Shown here piece by piece: positions 25,085 to 38,840 of a stretch of 64,000 bases of DNA (position 1 is the stretch's first letter; each line of letters begins with the position of its first letter). This stretch comes from Oculina patagonica (Eukaryota), in assembly GCF_052425735.1 (NCBI RefSeq), contig NC_135770.1:27776001-27840000 (forward strand). The letters are read 5' to 3'. A model generated the notes under the pieces. It searched no databases. It was not told where the DNA came from and saw nothing but the letters and a program-made list of their open reading frames with translations. Position numbers and translations under genes: made by a program.

Positions 25085-28000
25085 AAGCCGCATTAAGGAC
25101 CGTGCTCCCTCAAGGCTGGTTTTTGGCCGGTTTGAAGTCAATGGGTTAACTGTAATTTTTATCTGTCCGGGATCTGTAATTTGAATGTATATACTGTTAT
25201 TGGCCGTAATTTCAAATAAGCAGTATAATAGGATTAAAATTAAAAATATGGAATATTTGTTTCGGATACTTTATTATCTATCACAGGTTCACTGATAGCA
25301 ACTGATATTAAAGTAATAGATTGGCTCTATAAAGTATGAATAACAAAAGAAATAATACGTAGTTATAGCAAGACAAAATAATATGTTCTAATTACAAGTG
25401 TTGATTATAGGAACATGTTGCTATTTTCCAAACACAATTAAGAAAGAAGAGGTTTTTCTATTAAATCAGTATACCCAGCTTACTAGCAAACAGTCGCTCT
25501 TATTGTCAAGACAGTGGCGAGTGGACCAGTTTGCCTCAGCTTGTTGTGGATCTGATTTTCTTCAAGGTAAGTCTATCTTCTAGCTAGTTTTAAGTTAACT
25601 TAAAAATATTGCGGTATCGACCTTCACCGGCCACGCTAGCTAGGAGGCCCTCGCTGATACTTTAGCTTCTCGCGAGATGTACACGAACGGAAAGCACGGC
25701 GCGAGTTTAGACTATGCGGATTTTTAAAAATTAAAAAGGGTTAATTTGACGGAGCTTAGTTTTAAAATTCAGTTCTTTGCGGAACGGCGGTACTTAAATC
25801 TATTCTGCGAGCCCAAGACTTTGTTAGCCTTCAAAAACTGAAAAGGGTAGCGAAAAAATTCAAGACGGCGAGACCCGTAACACAAGTTGACTAAAATTCT
25901 AAAATTCTGCCAAGTAGTTTTTAAAGGACCATTTACCACACTTTTCAATGATTCCTGAATAGGTTAGTGATTGTTTAAACTATACTTCTAGTTCTATGAA
26001 TGTACTGGAAGAGTAGCAATGTGAAACCCTCTAGTTTCGTTGTAGCATTGCAAAACTGAAGCAAAATAAACAGCAGCTTTTTGCGAAAGGAAGATGAAAA
26101 AACTTTTGAGTTTGAAGTGATAATGTTTCTGAAAGTGATAAGGCAAAATAATATGTACTGTTATAAGTGTTGATTACGGAACGATATAATTAGTGCTCAA
26201 GACTATCAAACTAATTACGAGACGAAAAAATGTTGCTAGTTTTAAATGACAAAACGGTGAATGCTAATTACAGGTAACAAGGTGCGAATATCATGTAACA
26301 ACGGATTTTATCAGATTTTTGAACAGCCAAAATTTATATTTGTGTCGCCGGAAACTTAAAAATAATAGTCCATTTTTATTTAAAATTGCTATATTAGAGC
26401 TGTCTGAAACTGTCAACGAGCACCTTTGGCTGCGGATGGCTCGGGTGGAAACTTATTGCAACTTGAAAATGTAAGGCTTACTTTTTCAAGTTGTTTTCGG
26501 GCTTCTTCAAAAAATCAATATTTGTAGCCGTAGCTTAATTGATTTCTATCCGCAAATTAAGATTAAATCTACATTTAGATGTTCAAAGATAATGTTTTTC
26601 ATAGGTTAAGTTGCCTACCATTAATTTTAGAAAGTTGACATGTTCAAGTTGTTTGTTCAGCGAGGGTCGCTGCGTTCGGTGTAGAGGGCTTCTTTTATTT
26701 TTACCAGTCGGTGGAATAAGTGCCAGGTTTGGCAAGTCTTTGTTAAAGCACTCGAAGAGTTTCCGAATATTCCATCCAAACAAAACTAGCGAGAGCGCTC
26801 ACGAGTACTCCGAAAGCAATCGCGCGAATAATTACGTCACGTTGCTTAGCAAATTCTGGGACGAAAACCGCGGGCTCAGTCCCGTCTCGGAGGCTGTCAT
26901 CGTAAAGTTCCTAAAGTAACCACTCTCGTTTACATGTAATACTTTCAGATTTAACAGCTTTTTCCTGCCGCTTCTTGCGGGGGAGGGGACGGGATTCGCT
27001 ATTTTCGCGCAGCTAAAACGAGTACCGATATGTGGGTCAGTCCATCTTGATAAAGTAACATTATGTTTTGAATTAAACTTCTAGATGACAATTAGTCTTT
27101 GTTTTATGTTTTTATGAAACTTGTTTAATTTCCGTACCTTATCAGATCAGAACAGAGCACTTTATTATCTTTTGAATAAGGGGCATCCAAAACTAACATC
27201 AGATTACTTTGGTACATGTACAGCCTTCAATCAGTTTTTCTTTTTTTTTTTTTGTTTGTTTGTTTTGTTTCAATAACCAGTTAATTTAGTTTTCTTTTAA
27301 AAAGGTCTAAAGTTCTATCTCTCACCTTTCATAGTCAGGATCGCTACTTATTGTTACGAAGTGTCTTAGCTGAGCATAGTTCTTCAAAATTAACTTATTT
27401 TGAAATCGCAACCATCCACAAAACTCGTTTCATCTTAAAAATTCAACATCACTAAACATCCTTAAACAACAATGAGGTAGTTATTGCTTTATTTTTTGAA
27501 AAACTATCGAATGTTAATTATACAAAACCCTTGGCAAATATTCACAGTCATTTTCCTCAAACTTGCCCCTGTGGCAGATTTGGTCATTATGGCGTAGATT
27601 GGCAAAACTCTAAGACTGGCTTCTGAACGAATTTTAATTTTTAAACCGCGCCCCTTAGGCTTAAAAACTACATTGAGCATCCTAATGTGCTTTTGAGCTG
27701 ATTTCGTCAAAAATAACAAAGCAATGATCATGCTCGGTGTCTGAATCACTCGCCAAAGCTTGTACATCACGAGAAATTAGGGAAGTGGTCATAACAAGTG
27801 TACTCGACGAGGACCCACCTTTTGTAGGGGTAGGGGGCTATGCAAGATACCACCTGTCTGGTAAGCCAAATGGACAAAATTTATTGGTCTTAAAATTTGA
27901 GTTGAGACTTTCATATTAGGTGTGCATGAAGTTTGTATTGCTGGAGAAATTGCACAAGGAGGTTTGAATCTTTTTCTTAGTTTGTACTCCTGATAGAGTG

Positions 28001-28366
28001 GGGGGTACAATACAAACAATAAGGGGGTTACATAAAGAGAACACCTGTCTTTTTACAGAGTGGTGGGTCCTGTCTAAGTACAATAGTTTTGACCATTTCC
28101 CTAATAGGCTCGTGATTTACAATGGCTCGCGTTTTGTTTTGGTTCTTTTTGCATGTAAAACCATGAAAAGTATGTAAATTGTTTATTTCAAACCATTCAA
28201 TATGATGTTCTCTGGAGAGTTGTCCTTTATCTATCTTAAAATTAATGATTTTGTTTGAACATTGATGTATTTGAACTTGAAAAAACTATTTCTCAAGGGT
28301 AACATGCGTAGTCTGGAATGGGTCAAGAACGAATCAGATCTAAAGATGCCTTATCAGTATTAAATA

Positions 28367-28806
28367 CAGTAAAAACCCGCGAGTAAGAACCTAGTTTTTT
28401 TTTCAGGTTAGCCTAAACAGGTTCTTACATAAATGGTTGTTAACACAAACTAGTTTATTTAGGTTCTTAATAGGTTCTTAATATTTTCTGTAAAAAAGTT
28501 CATTGTTGCTGATAGAGCTTTAAGTGATATTCGGCCTATTATTTGTATAAGATTTGCATACCAGACAAGTGTTAATGTAAAAATGAAGCACTAATCATTC
28601 AGAACATGACATTGTATACATGTACAGTAAAGCCTTGTCCAAACTTATTTTCGCAAAAGAAAAATTTTTTTATCAATTTTAGAAAATTAGAACCTGTTTT
28701 TAAATTTTAGGCTTAACTATAGGTTCTTATAAAAATGGGGTCTAATTTGCAAATTTTAGCCAAACAGGTTCTTAAATGTTAGGTTCTTACTTGCGGGTTT
28801 TTACTG
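28367..28806. mobile_element. Tc1/mariner-type MITE (TA TSD) just upstream of the CHSY copy A coding exon
   Basis: ta|cagtaaaaacccgcgagtaagaacct...aggttcttacttgcgggtttttactg|ta; a related end is at about 33650-33710. Confidence 0.85.
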
Positions 28807-28915
28807 TATGGCATAAACGTGTTTAACACATGTCGCTTGTCGTTTGGTATCTCTATTAATTTTTTTACATTATTTGTTTCCCGCCCTTTTAGAGCAAAAA
28901 CAGCCTTTCCTTCAG

Positions 28916-31900
28916 ATGGAGCAAGTCCTTTATAAATGCATATTATTTCTGTTTGGATTGATTGTTGGTTTCCAGATTACGTTGTTCATACAACATAATC
29001 AATGTCATTTAATTTACAAAAGAACGTTTGGAGCAAGGACATTGACGAAGCCGGAGAAGACTAACCTTGAAAACCAGCAACTTATCTTTGTTGGTGTGAT
29101 GACAGCTGAGCAATTTCTGGAGACTCGAGCTAAAGCAGTGTTTGATACATGGGGCAGAAACGTTGCCGGAACACTGACGTTTTTTTCAAGCTTACGCGAG
29201 ACTCCTAAAACGTTAAAAGCGCCAGTGATCAGTTTACCCGGCGTAGATGACTCGCAGTATCCACCACTGAAAAAGTCGCTAATGATGGTTAAATACATGT
29301 TCGATCATCACATCGACGAATACGAATGGTTCATGCGAGCCGACGACGATGCTTACGTTCGAAATGACAAGTTAGAACGCTTCCTACGTTCGTTGAACAG
29401 CTCCGATGATATCTACCTGGGTCATGCAGGAATCGGCAAGAAGGAAGAGAGAGAAATGCTGAACCTGTCGCCCGGAGAGAACTATTGCATCGGGGGACCG
29501 GGGATGATCCTGAGCCGAAGTGTGTTGAGAAAAGTTGGTCCACATCTTGAACATTGTTTTCAAAGAGCACCAAAGGCACACATGCATGAAGACCTTGCGC
29601 TTGGCCAATGTATACAACATTATGTTGGAGTTGCTTGCACTCGAGCTTATGAGGTAAGTTGCTAATTAATTATCACAAGTTAAAGGTACACCTGCCTGAG
29701 CTTTACTTAACCATCGGACGGGGGAGGGGTGGCATCCACCCCCCCCCCCCCCATAAGGTATTTTCCAAATTTTGAAAAAAAGGATTTACTCTACAATGCT
29801 GAAACTTTCAGTAGCTGTTCATCCATCCTTTGCAGAAATTGATATGTCAACCATGTGTCCATGATATTTGACGTTGCCATGGCAACGTCATAAATACAAG
29901 CAAGTCTTGCCAAACATCATTATTTTTAATATTTTTCTTTATTTTTCCAGTTTTTTGAAACAGAAATGCGCGATTTCTTTATTTTTACATTCCATATGCA
30001 TTGTGACATGATTTTGCATCAATTACCGTTATTTTGTGACTTTCTAAGAAAATGTTGAAATCCAAGATGGCGAATCCAAGATGGCGGCTCTAATGACGTC
30101 ACGTGACGTTACAGGCAATGAAAATTATGTCATCTTGTTGAGTAAGTTACGGGCTTTCTTCTCAGTGCAAAATAATTTCGCTACGCCTTAATATAAAGAA
30201 AACTCCGGAGAGGGGTTACATCAACCCCCCCTGTACGAGGGTGGGGGTATGAATTTGCTTTTACGTCGGTTGAAAAATTGAAATTTGCAAAACCCGTCGG
30301 AACACTGAAAAGATCGTTCAACTTCTTAACTGAAAACTCATTAAAGCTATGTCTACAGCTTTTAGGTTAACGTACACGTTTACGTCAGGAAACATCGGAA
30401 AATCATTAAACAAATGCAAATTTGTTTTCCTCCACACGAGTTCGGCGATCGTTTACGCATCGCTTAGACCTGTCTAAACGATAAACTGATATGAAAAAAG
30501 CTCAAATATCTTTTAAACGAAGACGGCTGGGTACGAGCGTAAATTACTTGTTGTGACGTCAGCATTGCAAATGTATACGCTTAAGCTTATATTTGTACAC
30601 ACGAAAATAAAAGATAGTTCTCCGAGTTTCGAAGTTGTTCACTTTGGATATAGCCTGAATTTCAGACATCCCTCTGTGCTCGCCTACTCGCCAGAAGGGT
30701 TTTGCCACACGTGAAGCATTGTTTCCAGCGTCAATTTTTGTTAATTCCAATAAGCAAAATTTGCTTCTGCTACACCGCAGAAAGATTCCGTGTTTCAGCA
30801 CGACATGGAACCATGCCAAACGAGGAAACAATTATTGAAAAATGTTTCTTGAAACTTGTTTTGTTTCCTCGTTCTGTCAGGCCTTTACTGCGCATAATTT
30901 CACGCGCAATTTGCACGCGCAAACCAAAATGGTGAATTTTCGTAACGGATTAGCACGCAAGAGACAGATTGTCATTTACTCAAAAACGAGTATAGTGACT
31001 TATCGATTGTTTTCCTTACATTTTGTGTCTGTTAGTCACCTCCTTTCTGTAGAATGAATATGAGCAATTTCTATTGCAGAAATCGTGAATGCGCAGTGTT
31101 CTCGTGAACAGCTAAAAAATGTTATGGAATTTATCATGGCGAACAAATGAAGTTCCCGGTTTCTTAGCGAATACGGGGTGTCCCCCCCCCCCCGAAAATC
31201 TTTTGCAAGTTTTATTTCCTAAATTACTTAATAGATAAAGATTGTGATTAATTATTTGGCTTCTTATTTCTTTCAGATGAATACTCTTTTCTTTCACCAA
31301 TACACTGGTGATGGATCAATGTTTAAAGGTAACCTGAACACAAAGACCATTAATGAAGCCATTACTCTCCACCCTATTAAACAACCTGCCTACATGTACC
31401 GCCTTCACTCGCACTTTATGAACGAACGCATTCAAGATCTTCAACATGAAGCAGTAAAGCTCCAACGGGTTTTAAGGAACATGGATCGACTGCTTCAAGC
31501 AAATGGCAACGAACTCTCTCTTCAAGAGAAACGAAGTCTTCAGGATGAAAGAGATTTCCATCATCAGTTGGCCAAAAATAACATTGAAAAATGGGACATG
31601 TTTACTTCAAAATCGCTTTACGGTGATAATAACTTAAAACTACCCCGTGGAACATTGAAAATTGAAGCAACCAATTCACTGGAGAAAACAAAGGAACTTG
31701 TAGATGAAGAAGCTAGGAAGAATCAAAATATTAAACATCTGAAGGTCCAGAAAATAAATCATGGCTATAGGCGTATTCACCCTCTATATGGCTTGCAACA
31801 AATCGTAGAAGTAACAGTCAATGGAAAGATACAAAGCAATGACCCAAGTGGTAGCACGAAGATTACTTACACTTCACAAAGAAGACTCTACTATACACAA

Positions 31901-32710
31901 CAGCCGTTTGGAAACTTGGTATACAAAACTGAGCCCGTTGACGGCATGCCCCCTTATGTACACTTTATTGTCCCCTTGGCAGAGCGTCTGGAAACGTTTC
32001 GCCGTTTCATGAAGAATTTTGAATTGGTCTGCCTCAGAAAACTTCAGAGAGTTAAGCTGGTAGTCGCATATTCTTCCTTTGTGTCTTCTTCTCTTGAACA
32101 CGAAGTTATAATGAAGGAATATCAATATAAATACCCCCAAGCAGAGCTCATTTGGCTTGATGTTGCGGGTAACTTTTCCCGCGGGATAGCCCTTTCTCTC
32201 GCAGCCGATAAATTTGATCATACAGCTCTGTTGTTCTTGTGTGATGTTGACTTGATCTTTAACTCGGAGTTTATTGATCGCTGCCGAATGAACACGGCAC
32301 TTGGTAAACGAGTTTACTTTCCAATAATGTTTAGTCAATTTGATCCTGAATTAACTTATAAAAACAAAATCAAGCCAGACACGCACTTTACCATTAACAA
32401 AGATTCAGGAATTTGGAGGTCATACTCGTACGGACCCGTGTGTATTTACCATCAAGATTTGGATTCTGTTGGAGGGTTTGACACAAGTATTAAAGGCTGG
32501 GGATTGGAAGATGTGGATCTGTTTGAAAGATTTGTAAACCACACAGAGATTGAGGTGTTTCGTGCAGCGGATCCTGGTCTAATACATGTTTATCATCGCG
32601 TTATATGTGATCCAAACCTTCCTGCTCGTCAACTTTTTCTTTGCCAAGGTTCAAAAGCCTCTGGACGAGCCTCTCAAAAGTCATTAACCAGAGCTATGCT
32701 TTCCTTTTAG
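28916..32710 (+). CDS. CHSY1: Chondroitin sulfate synthase 1-like, copy A (about 723 aa)
   Basis: Exons 28916-29653 and 31277-32710 with a phase-0 intron (GAG|gtaagt...tttcag|ATG). Type II signal anchor, GT31-like WFMRADDD, TLHPIKQPAYMYRLH, and C-terminal FLCDVDL and GWGLEDVD motifs. Confidence 0.92.
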
Positions 32711-35417
32711 AATGTAACACACGACTAAAAAAGGGAAGCTGTAATGATTCAGTTTAAGCCGCTCTGGAGCCAATCGAACATAACCATAGATGGACAGTTC
32801 TAAAATCAAGTAGGTAGCTTTCAGGCCATATCGGCACAGAAAGGACGTTTTTCAGTGAATTTTCTATAAACCCTTCATGGTTTTAATTTGTTAGGTTTAG
32901 GATTTAAGTGATTCATTGTCGCGTCGTTTAATCGAGTTTAATCAACTAGAAGTCAGCGGAAGCGAGCCGGTTACAAAGTATAAACCTGATTTGTTAACCA
33001 CGAATCCTTCAAAGTTGCAAGCGTTTGCAACCCAGGCAAAGAGAATATGAAAATAAGTCAGTGGCGTTTTTGAGTATACAAAGACTTAAATATGCTTATA
33101 AGTAAAGACCTTGGAGAGCAACAAATATATTTTGTAATGGTTTGCTTATTACACTGAGCAGTTTGTACAAGAATGTCCTGTGCTATGCAAACAACACAGT
33201 ATTTAAGGCGTGTATGTATGAATTGCGTGTCAGAGATATCCTCTAAGATTAGTGATTGGAGTTTGTATTAAGTTATTCAAGAATCATTGAAAGGTATCTC
33301 TTTCTACTCCATTTAGGTTTTGTGTATTAATATATTTCATAAAAATAAATACGGTACTTAGTTCTTTTTTCAGATCTGTAATGTCTTGGTTAAATGTTAA
33401 GAGATCCTTAAACTAAAAATTTCCAAACAAAATAATTTATTTGTTCTTTTGTTGTTTGTTACGTGTTGAGTTGTTTCTTTTCAAAGGCGCTGAATTGTTA
33501 TTTTGTCGAACTTTCGTCGACCTTCGTTCAAAATTGCTACAGTAGATCCCACACTTTTGTAGCCATAAACCTAAAATTCAGTGACTGGACTCTCTTTGGC
33601 TAAAATATCAGAAGATTTAATAAAACTAAAGCACTACCGGTCATTTATGTAAGAACCTGTTTAGGCTTACTTGGGAAAATGCAGGTTCTTACTCACGGGT
33701 TTTTACTGTATTGCTTGCACAGTATGAAGAGAAGGCTCAAAAAAATTTTAAACATTAAATATTACATTAACCTGCATATCTTGCCAGTCCTAATCCAAAA
33801 GAAAAGTCCAAATAAACTCAGAAGTACAGGGGCGGATCCAGGAATTTTTTATTGGAGGGGTCCAAACTACGATTCAGAAAACACTGTTGATTTTTTTGTA
33901 GCAAATTACTTCTCCCCACACACCCCCCACCTCACAGTCGCGATTGCACGTTATAATCCTGATTTAACGTCAAGTTTACTTGGCCCCTCGTTAAGGACGC
34001 ACCCTTTGAATATCCTCCTCTTCAGCTCTGTAGCCTGTAGCAAAGATTGAGAAAATTATTACATTTCTGGAAACGCCTGGAATTTAGTTAAGTGACAATA
34101 TACGAAGCGCGTTTCATTAAAAAATCAACCAGTTTATCAGTGATATACGATCCCGTCGATGCAAGACTGACTTCTGGATCCGCTACTAAAGCAGAGGTGA
34201 CAGTACCCTGGATGCCAAAGGCTTTCGTGTGCGGTTTCCAGTTTTCGTCACGATTAAGTTGACAAAGCCTCCTTTGCCATAATTGATGGTAAATTATAAT
34301 CATTTAATACACCTGATTGAAAAACGGTTGCAAAGAAAAAGGTATAAACCATAAACATTGTTATATATCTGAAATTGTTCCCCAACAGTCCATGCTCTCA
34401 TTGGGTACTTCGAGGTCAAATGGCATCTAACAATGAAACTAATTCCCACCAAAAGTCTCTGAGAGGGCAACATTGCAAAATCTATTATAGATTTAGCCAA
34501 GCCTAAAAGTGGAGCTCCACACATATTTTCTTGTTCTTAAAATTTTGTAGAAATACTCTCATCAGTTGAAAATAGTGTTAGTATAGGAAATCGCACAGCC
34601 TTCTCGTACAATTCGTGATTAATAGGTACTCGTAATGTTTTAAAAGTTTTAAAATTGCACTGGCCTTTTATGTTTTGAGAGTTTTCAAAATTGCATGAGC
34701 TTTTTTTATCACGAGTACCTATTTTCGTGATTAAAATCACGAATTGTACGAGAAAGTCGTGCGATATTTTATTTATAGTATACTAAACAAAATTACACTT
34801 GGGAACAGTAAGCTTTATATCTCCTTGGTCTGGTCTTCAGAATACTTCAGGTAAACCTCAAATTCTGAAACCTTCCCAAGTCTTCGGGCCGACATTGGAA
34901 ATCTTCGGAAGAGTTCAGTTCAACTCTAAAAGTCTTCGAATCAACTTCCAAAATAATCGGAAGTCTTCGGGTCAACTTCGGAAATCTTCGGAACTGTTCA
35001 GGTCAACTTCGGAAATCTTCGGAGACTTCAGGTCAACTTTGGAAATCTTCGAATTTTGACTGACGTCCGCTGTTTTTCTGAACCTTTGTTGTGTTATATA
35101 ACATTCACTTAATGACTGGTCCCTGGTTTCCCTGCCTTGGGAAACCAGTTAATCTTGTTTCCCTTGAATCTCAATGTTTCCCTTGGCTCCACCTCAAGAA
35201 ACATTGAAACTCTCACGAAACAAAAGTTATCTGTTTCCTTCAGGGCCAGTCATTAAGTGTTCAATATGGACCATTGTTAACTATTAGGCTCAATTTCCTG
35301 CCATGGGTGTTTTGGTGTGCCTGGGACACACTGTAGGTGCATCAGAACACCTAAAGCTGGAAACTGAACCTAGTAAACTATTATATAGTTGCGTAGTTGC
35401 TATAAGGAAGGGGACAA

Positions 35418-35695
35418 GCCTCAAGTGGCCCATACTGCTGGAGCTTATCCCGGTCTCTGTAGCATTAAGCAGCTAGGAATATTTCTACTCCCCCCTGTAT
35501 GGGATGCTAGTCCATCGCAAGGTACCCCCAGCATTATTTCACTGGTACCCATTTATACACCTGGATGGAGACAGGCACTATGGAGAGAGCAAAGTGTCTT
35601 GCCCAAGAACACAACACAGTGACCCTGGCCAGGGCTCAAACTCGGATCGTTCACTCCAGAGTCCGGGGCGCTAACCATTTGGCTATCGTGCCTTC
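35418..35695 (-). mobile_element. tRNA-derived SINE, same family as 4208-4502
   Basis: gtggccc...gcttatcccggt...ctaggaatatttctactcccc...aagtgtcttgcccaagaacacaacac matches the other copies. Confidence 0.75.
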
Positions 35696-37116
35696 AATGC
35701 ATAGTTACTATACTTGTACTTAAAGCCAAGTTTACAAGATCAGTACTGACCAGTGATCATTTTAAAATGTCAGGAAAAAATACAAAAAATACACCCACAA
35801 CATAATTTGAGCTCCCCTGGCTGTTCTTGCTAATTAACATTTGTGGTCTATGGTTTATGAGCTCATACCATGGCCTGTAAACCAATCAAAACTGAGAAAT
35901 TGCAATGTACCATGGCTTGTTTTTAATAAAAATTATTAACCACATCAAATTTTGCCCATTCGTCATTTTTAACCATCATAGAGCCCCCACTGGAAATCCC
36001 ATTATTACCATCACATTTAATTCTACTTCAGAAAAAGTCAAGAAAGATTAAATCTGTTTCAAAAGTCAAATCCAAGCTAAGCCCAAGTCAAATGCTTGGA
36101 TCACTGCTGATTGGTCAGTCACTGGTATATCCCACTTCTCATGATGCGAACATGGTGAATAGATGAGTAACTAAATACAGGATTTGCTCCAAACAATGTA
36201 AAATAAAATAAAACCTTGTTTTAGCCAAAAATTACACCATTTAACCTAGATACCACTCGGCTTAACTTAAATACCCACCAGCTAGCCTGAATAGCACTGA
36301 CTTAAGACAGGAGCACATAACGTACTCCTGCCCCATGAATGGCTAACTCTTACATGTAAGGGTTAATCAACATGACTTAGCCATTTGACTCGGACTTAGA
36401 CATCTGACTTGGCAAACCGATTAACTCTGTCAAGAAACAATTCTTGGTTTGCAACCACGTGACAAGGCGGCCATGTTGGTTGACAAAACAATAAAACATG
36501 TTTTTGGGAAATTTGCATCATACAAAAGTTTAGTTCCCAATGGAGGAGAACGCTTTGTTCCTGTCATCCAACATGGCTGCTGTGACGTCAGCTGTAAACC
36601 AGCAATACAACATTCTTATGTGGTGCGTTAATTAATTAAAGTTACTGTCTCTTTATCATCATTTTTTGTGCTGTATAACAAGAGATGGCTCCTGTTGGGA
36701 AAAAGGGAGGGTGTAAACAATCAGGTCTATATGAAATGTTGGAGGAGATATTTCATAACTCAGTCTATGCATAATCAAGCTTGTTTCATGCATATTGACT
36801 TCATGCATGTTGAACTCCTTATTGCTACTACATAGCAGTTAGCACTACCCATAACTAAATAGGATCACATTATCATATAGGGTGTTTCAATCCCTACATT
36901 GGTCGATATGTCAGTTGCTATAACAGTTGTTATATGGACCAATATTTGAAAATACAGACCGAGTATTGGTTGATTATCTGTCATTATGTCAACCGGGTAT
37001 CAGTCGAGTATCGGTCAATGTCACGACCAATAAAGCAACCAACATATCAACTGATGTAGTGATCAAGACACCCTATAAGATACATGGGTATTTAGAGATC
37101 CTGGGAGACCTGTGAC

Positions 37117-37926
37117 TCAGCGAGTCTTTCTCTTCCGCTTGTTAAAGACTTCATGTATCGAAAGAAACACTGATTCTTCAGAGGAGCTGGGAAACCTTGC
37201 TTCACATGAACACGTGTCCAAGCGATTCTCCAAGAATTTCATTCTTTCCTCCATTATCTTTATGCTGGTCTGGGGCTCAAGCTGAGAAAAAAGCGCATTT
37301 GTCTTCAGACTTTTCCAACGAGTATCCTGTGACACAAACGTGGTGATGCAACGCTCAACGACTTTCTCGCTCAGTTGATGTCGCTGTGACATTACGACAA
37401 ACTGCAAAGCTTCCTCGCGTAACTTTTTCACCGCAGAAGAACGTTCAGTTCGTTTAGTAGTCATGTTTGGCATGTATGTGTCGAATACGAATTCCTCGCA
37501 GCGATCCTTGAGTTCGTCCATTTGATATTCACAAGACAATTCCAGCAACGCGCAGCAATTTTGACGAGTAATGGCGTTCTTACAAGAAGGGTAAATGGCT
37601 CGAAGCAGGTCTTCTATCTCTCCCACTTTCTTGCCTGGAAGTGGAATTTCCTTCGCGTTCTTTTCCTTGAAGTTAGACGACAGCATTGTCTCAAAGACGG
37701 GAGAAGAAATCGCTAAAATGGCTCGGTGCACGTGGAGTTTTTTCCCCTGTACCGACAGCACGAGGTCGCTCATCTTCCAAGGTTTGGAGAAATCCAATGT
37801 TTTCTCTGGCTGAGTGGGCGGTTGGCTACATTTTGGCTGGGTAAAGGTAACAGGTTCGTAGTCCCAATCAGAGGAACTACTACTGCTTCTCCTACATGTA
37901 CTCCTAAGAGCCCTTCCTTGTGACAT
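37117..37926 (-). CDS. Intronless BTB/POZ-domain protein (269 aa), probable Cullin-3 adaptor type
   Basis: ATG-to-stop ORF containing the canonical BTB start SDLVLSVQGKKLHVHRAILAISSPVFETMLSSNFKE, followed by EIPLPGKK...LLELSCEYQMDELKDRCE; basic C-terminus KRKRKTR. Confidence 0.88.
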   Translation of the reverse strand: MSQGRALRSTCRRSSSSSSDWDYEPVTFTQPKCSQPPTQPEKTLDFSKPWKMSDLVLSVQGKKLHVHRAILAISSPVFETMLSSNFKEKNAKEIPLPGKKVGEIEDLLRAIYPSCKNAITRQNCCALLELSCEYQMDELKDRCEEFVFDTYMPNMTTKRTERSSAVKKLREEALQFVVMSQRHQLSEKVVERCITTFVSQDTRWKSLKTNALFSQLEPQTSIKIMEERMKFLENRLDTCSCEARFPSSSEESVFLSIHEVFNKRKRKTR

Positions 37927-38096
37927 TTCGGAGTATAAAACCGCGCGTCACGCACTTCGAGTCCTTGCTCGCCCTTCACCTCAATCTCGCCTCAATCTCG
38001 AGCCCAGAGTCCGTCGGTCAGCGGTACAGGACGGACTCGGGGAAAATGGAATTGATCAGAAACTTTGGTCTTCCGGTTTTTATTGCGCATGCTTAA

Positions 38097-38336
38097 AGCG
38101 GCATTCACACGACAAACTACTGGCCAACTCGTGTTGGCAAACTCAAGTTGGTGTGTGTGAACGATACAACAACGGCAAACAAGTTAGCCAGCTGTTGGCG
38201 ACAAAACAGAACTTGTCTCTATTCTCGCCAACCGTTTGCCAACTTGTTTGCCAACTGTTGTTGTGTCGTTCACACATACCAACTTGAGTTTGCCAACTTG
38301 AGTTTGCCAACTTTAGTTTGGCGTGTGAAGGCCGCT
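38097..38336. mobile_element. MITE about 170 bp upstream of the BTB start codon
   Basis: agcggcattcacacgacaaact...agtttggcgtgtgaaggccgct flanked by taa; internal ttggcaaac/gtttgccaa repeats. Confidence 0.8.
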
Positions 38337-38547
38337 TAAGACTCTCGCGGAAGTAAAAATCCCCAGAACGGAAATAAATTGAGAAAGGGAGGCCATGGGT
38401 TCCATGGGTTGTCTGGGAGGCCATGGGTTCGATTCCGGTGGGGGCTCAGAATTTTTCTTTGTCCCATGCTCGTGTCATGTTGAACATCTCATCTTCATTA
38501 AATCGAAAAAGTTTAACTACATTTCTAACACACTATCGACGTAAGAC

Positions 38548-38840
38548 AGCGACAGCATCCACAAAGCTAGGGAGGCGTACTTAATCTCCAAAGGAAAAAT
38601 ACGTGAACCTTGCGGCATGAATAGACGAGATGAAACTTAATATCGTTTATGTTTGACAGCTGTATGCTATTTCTATTTTCTACCGTTATTTGTTTTCTTA
38701 TTTTTAAATTTTGTAACCGTTTGTTTCCATACTCACTTAGCATTGTATGCCCCTGATGAAGGTTGGTTTTGTTCAACCGAAATATTGGGCCAAAATAAAT
38801 TTAGCTTCAGTCCCTGGCTGTTTAATCAGCCCTGCATTTG
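38548..38840 (+). mobile_element. 3' remnant of a Penelope-like retroelement (GIY-YIG C-terminus plus pseudo-LTR)
   Basis: 38548-38640 translates SDSIHKAREAYLISKGKIREPCGMNRRDET*, matching the R..REA.LI....T..P.GMN end of Penelope endonucleases; a hammerhead motif follows. Confidence 0.75.
38749..38790 (+). ncRNA. Minimal type I hammerhead ribozyme motif
   Basis: GCCC-CTGATGA-A-GGTTG(gttttgtt)CAACC-GAAA-TATT-GGGC: stem I GCCC/GGGC, core CUGAUGA and GAAA, stem II GGTTG/CAACC, palindromic AATATT in place of stem III. Confidence 0.72.
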
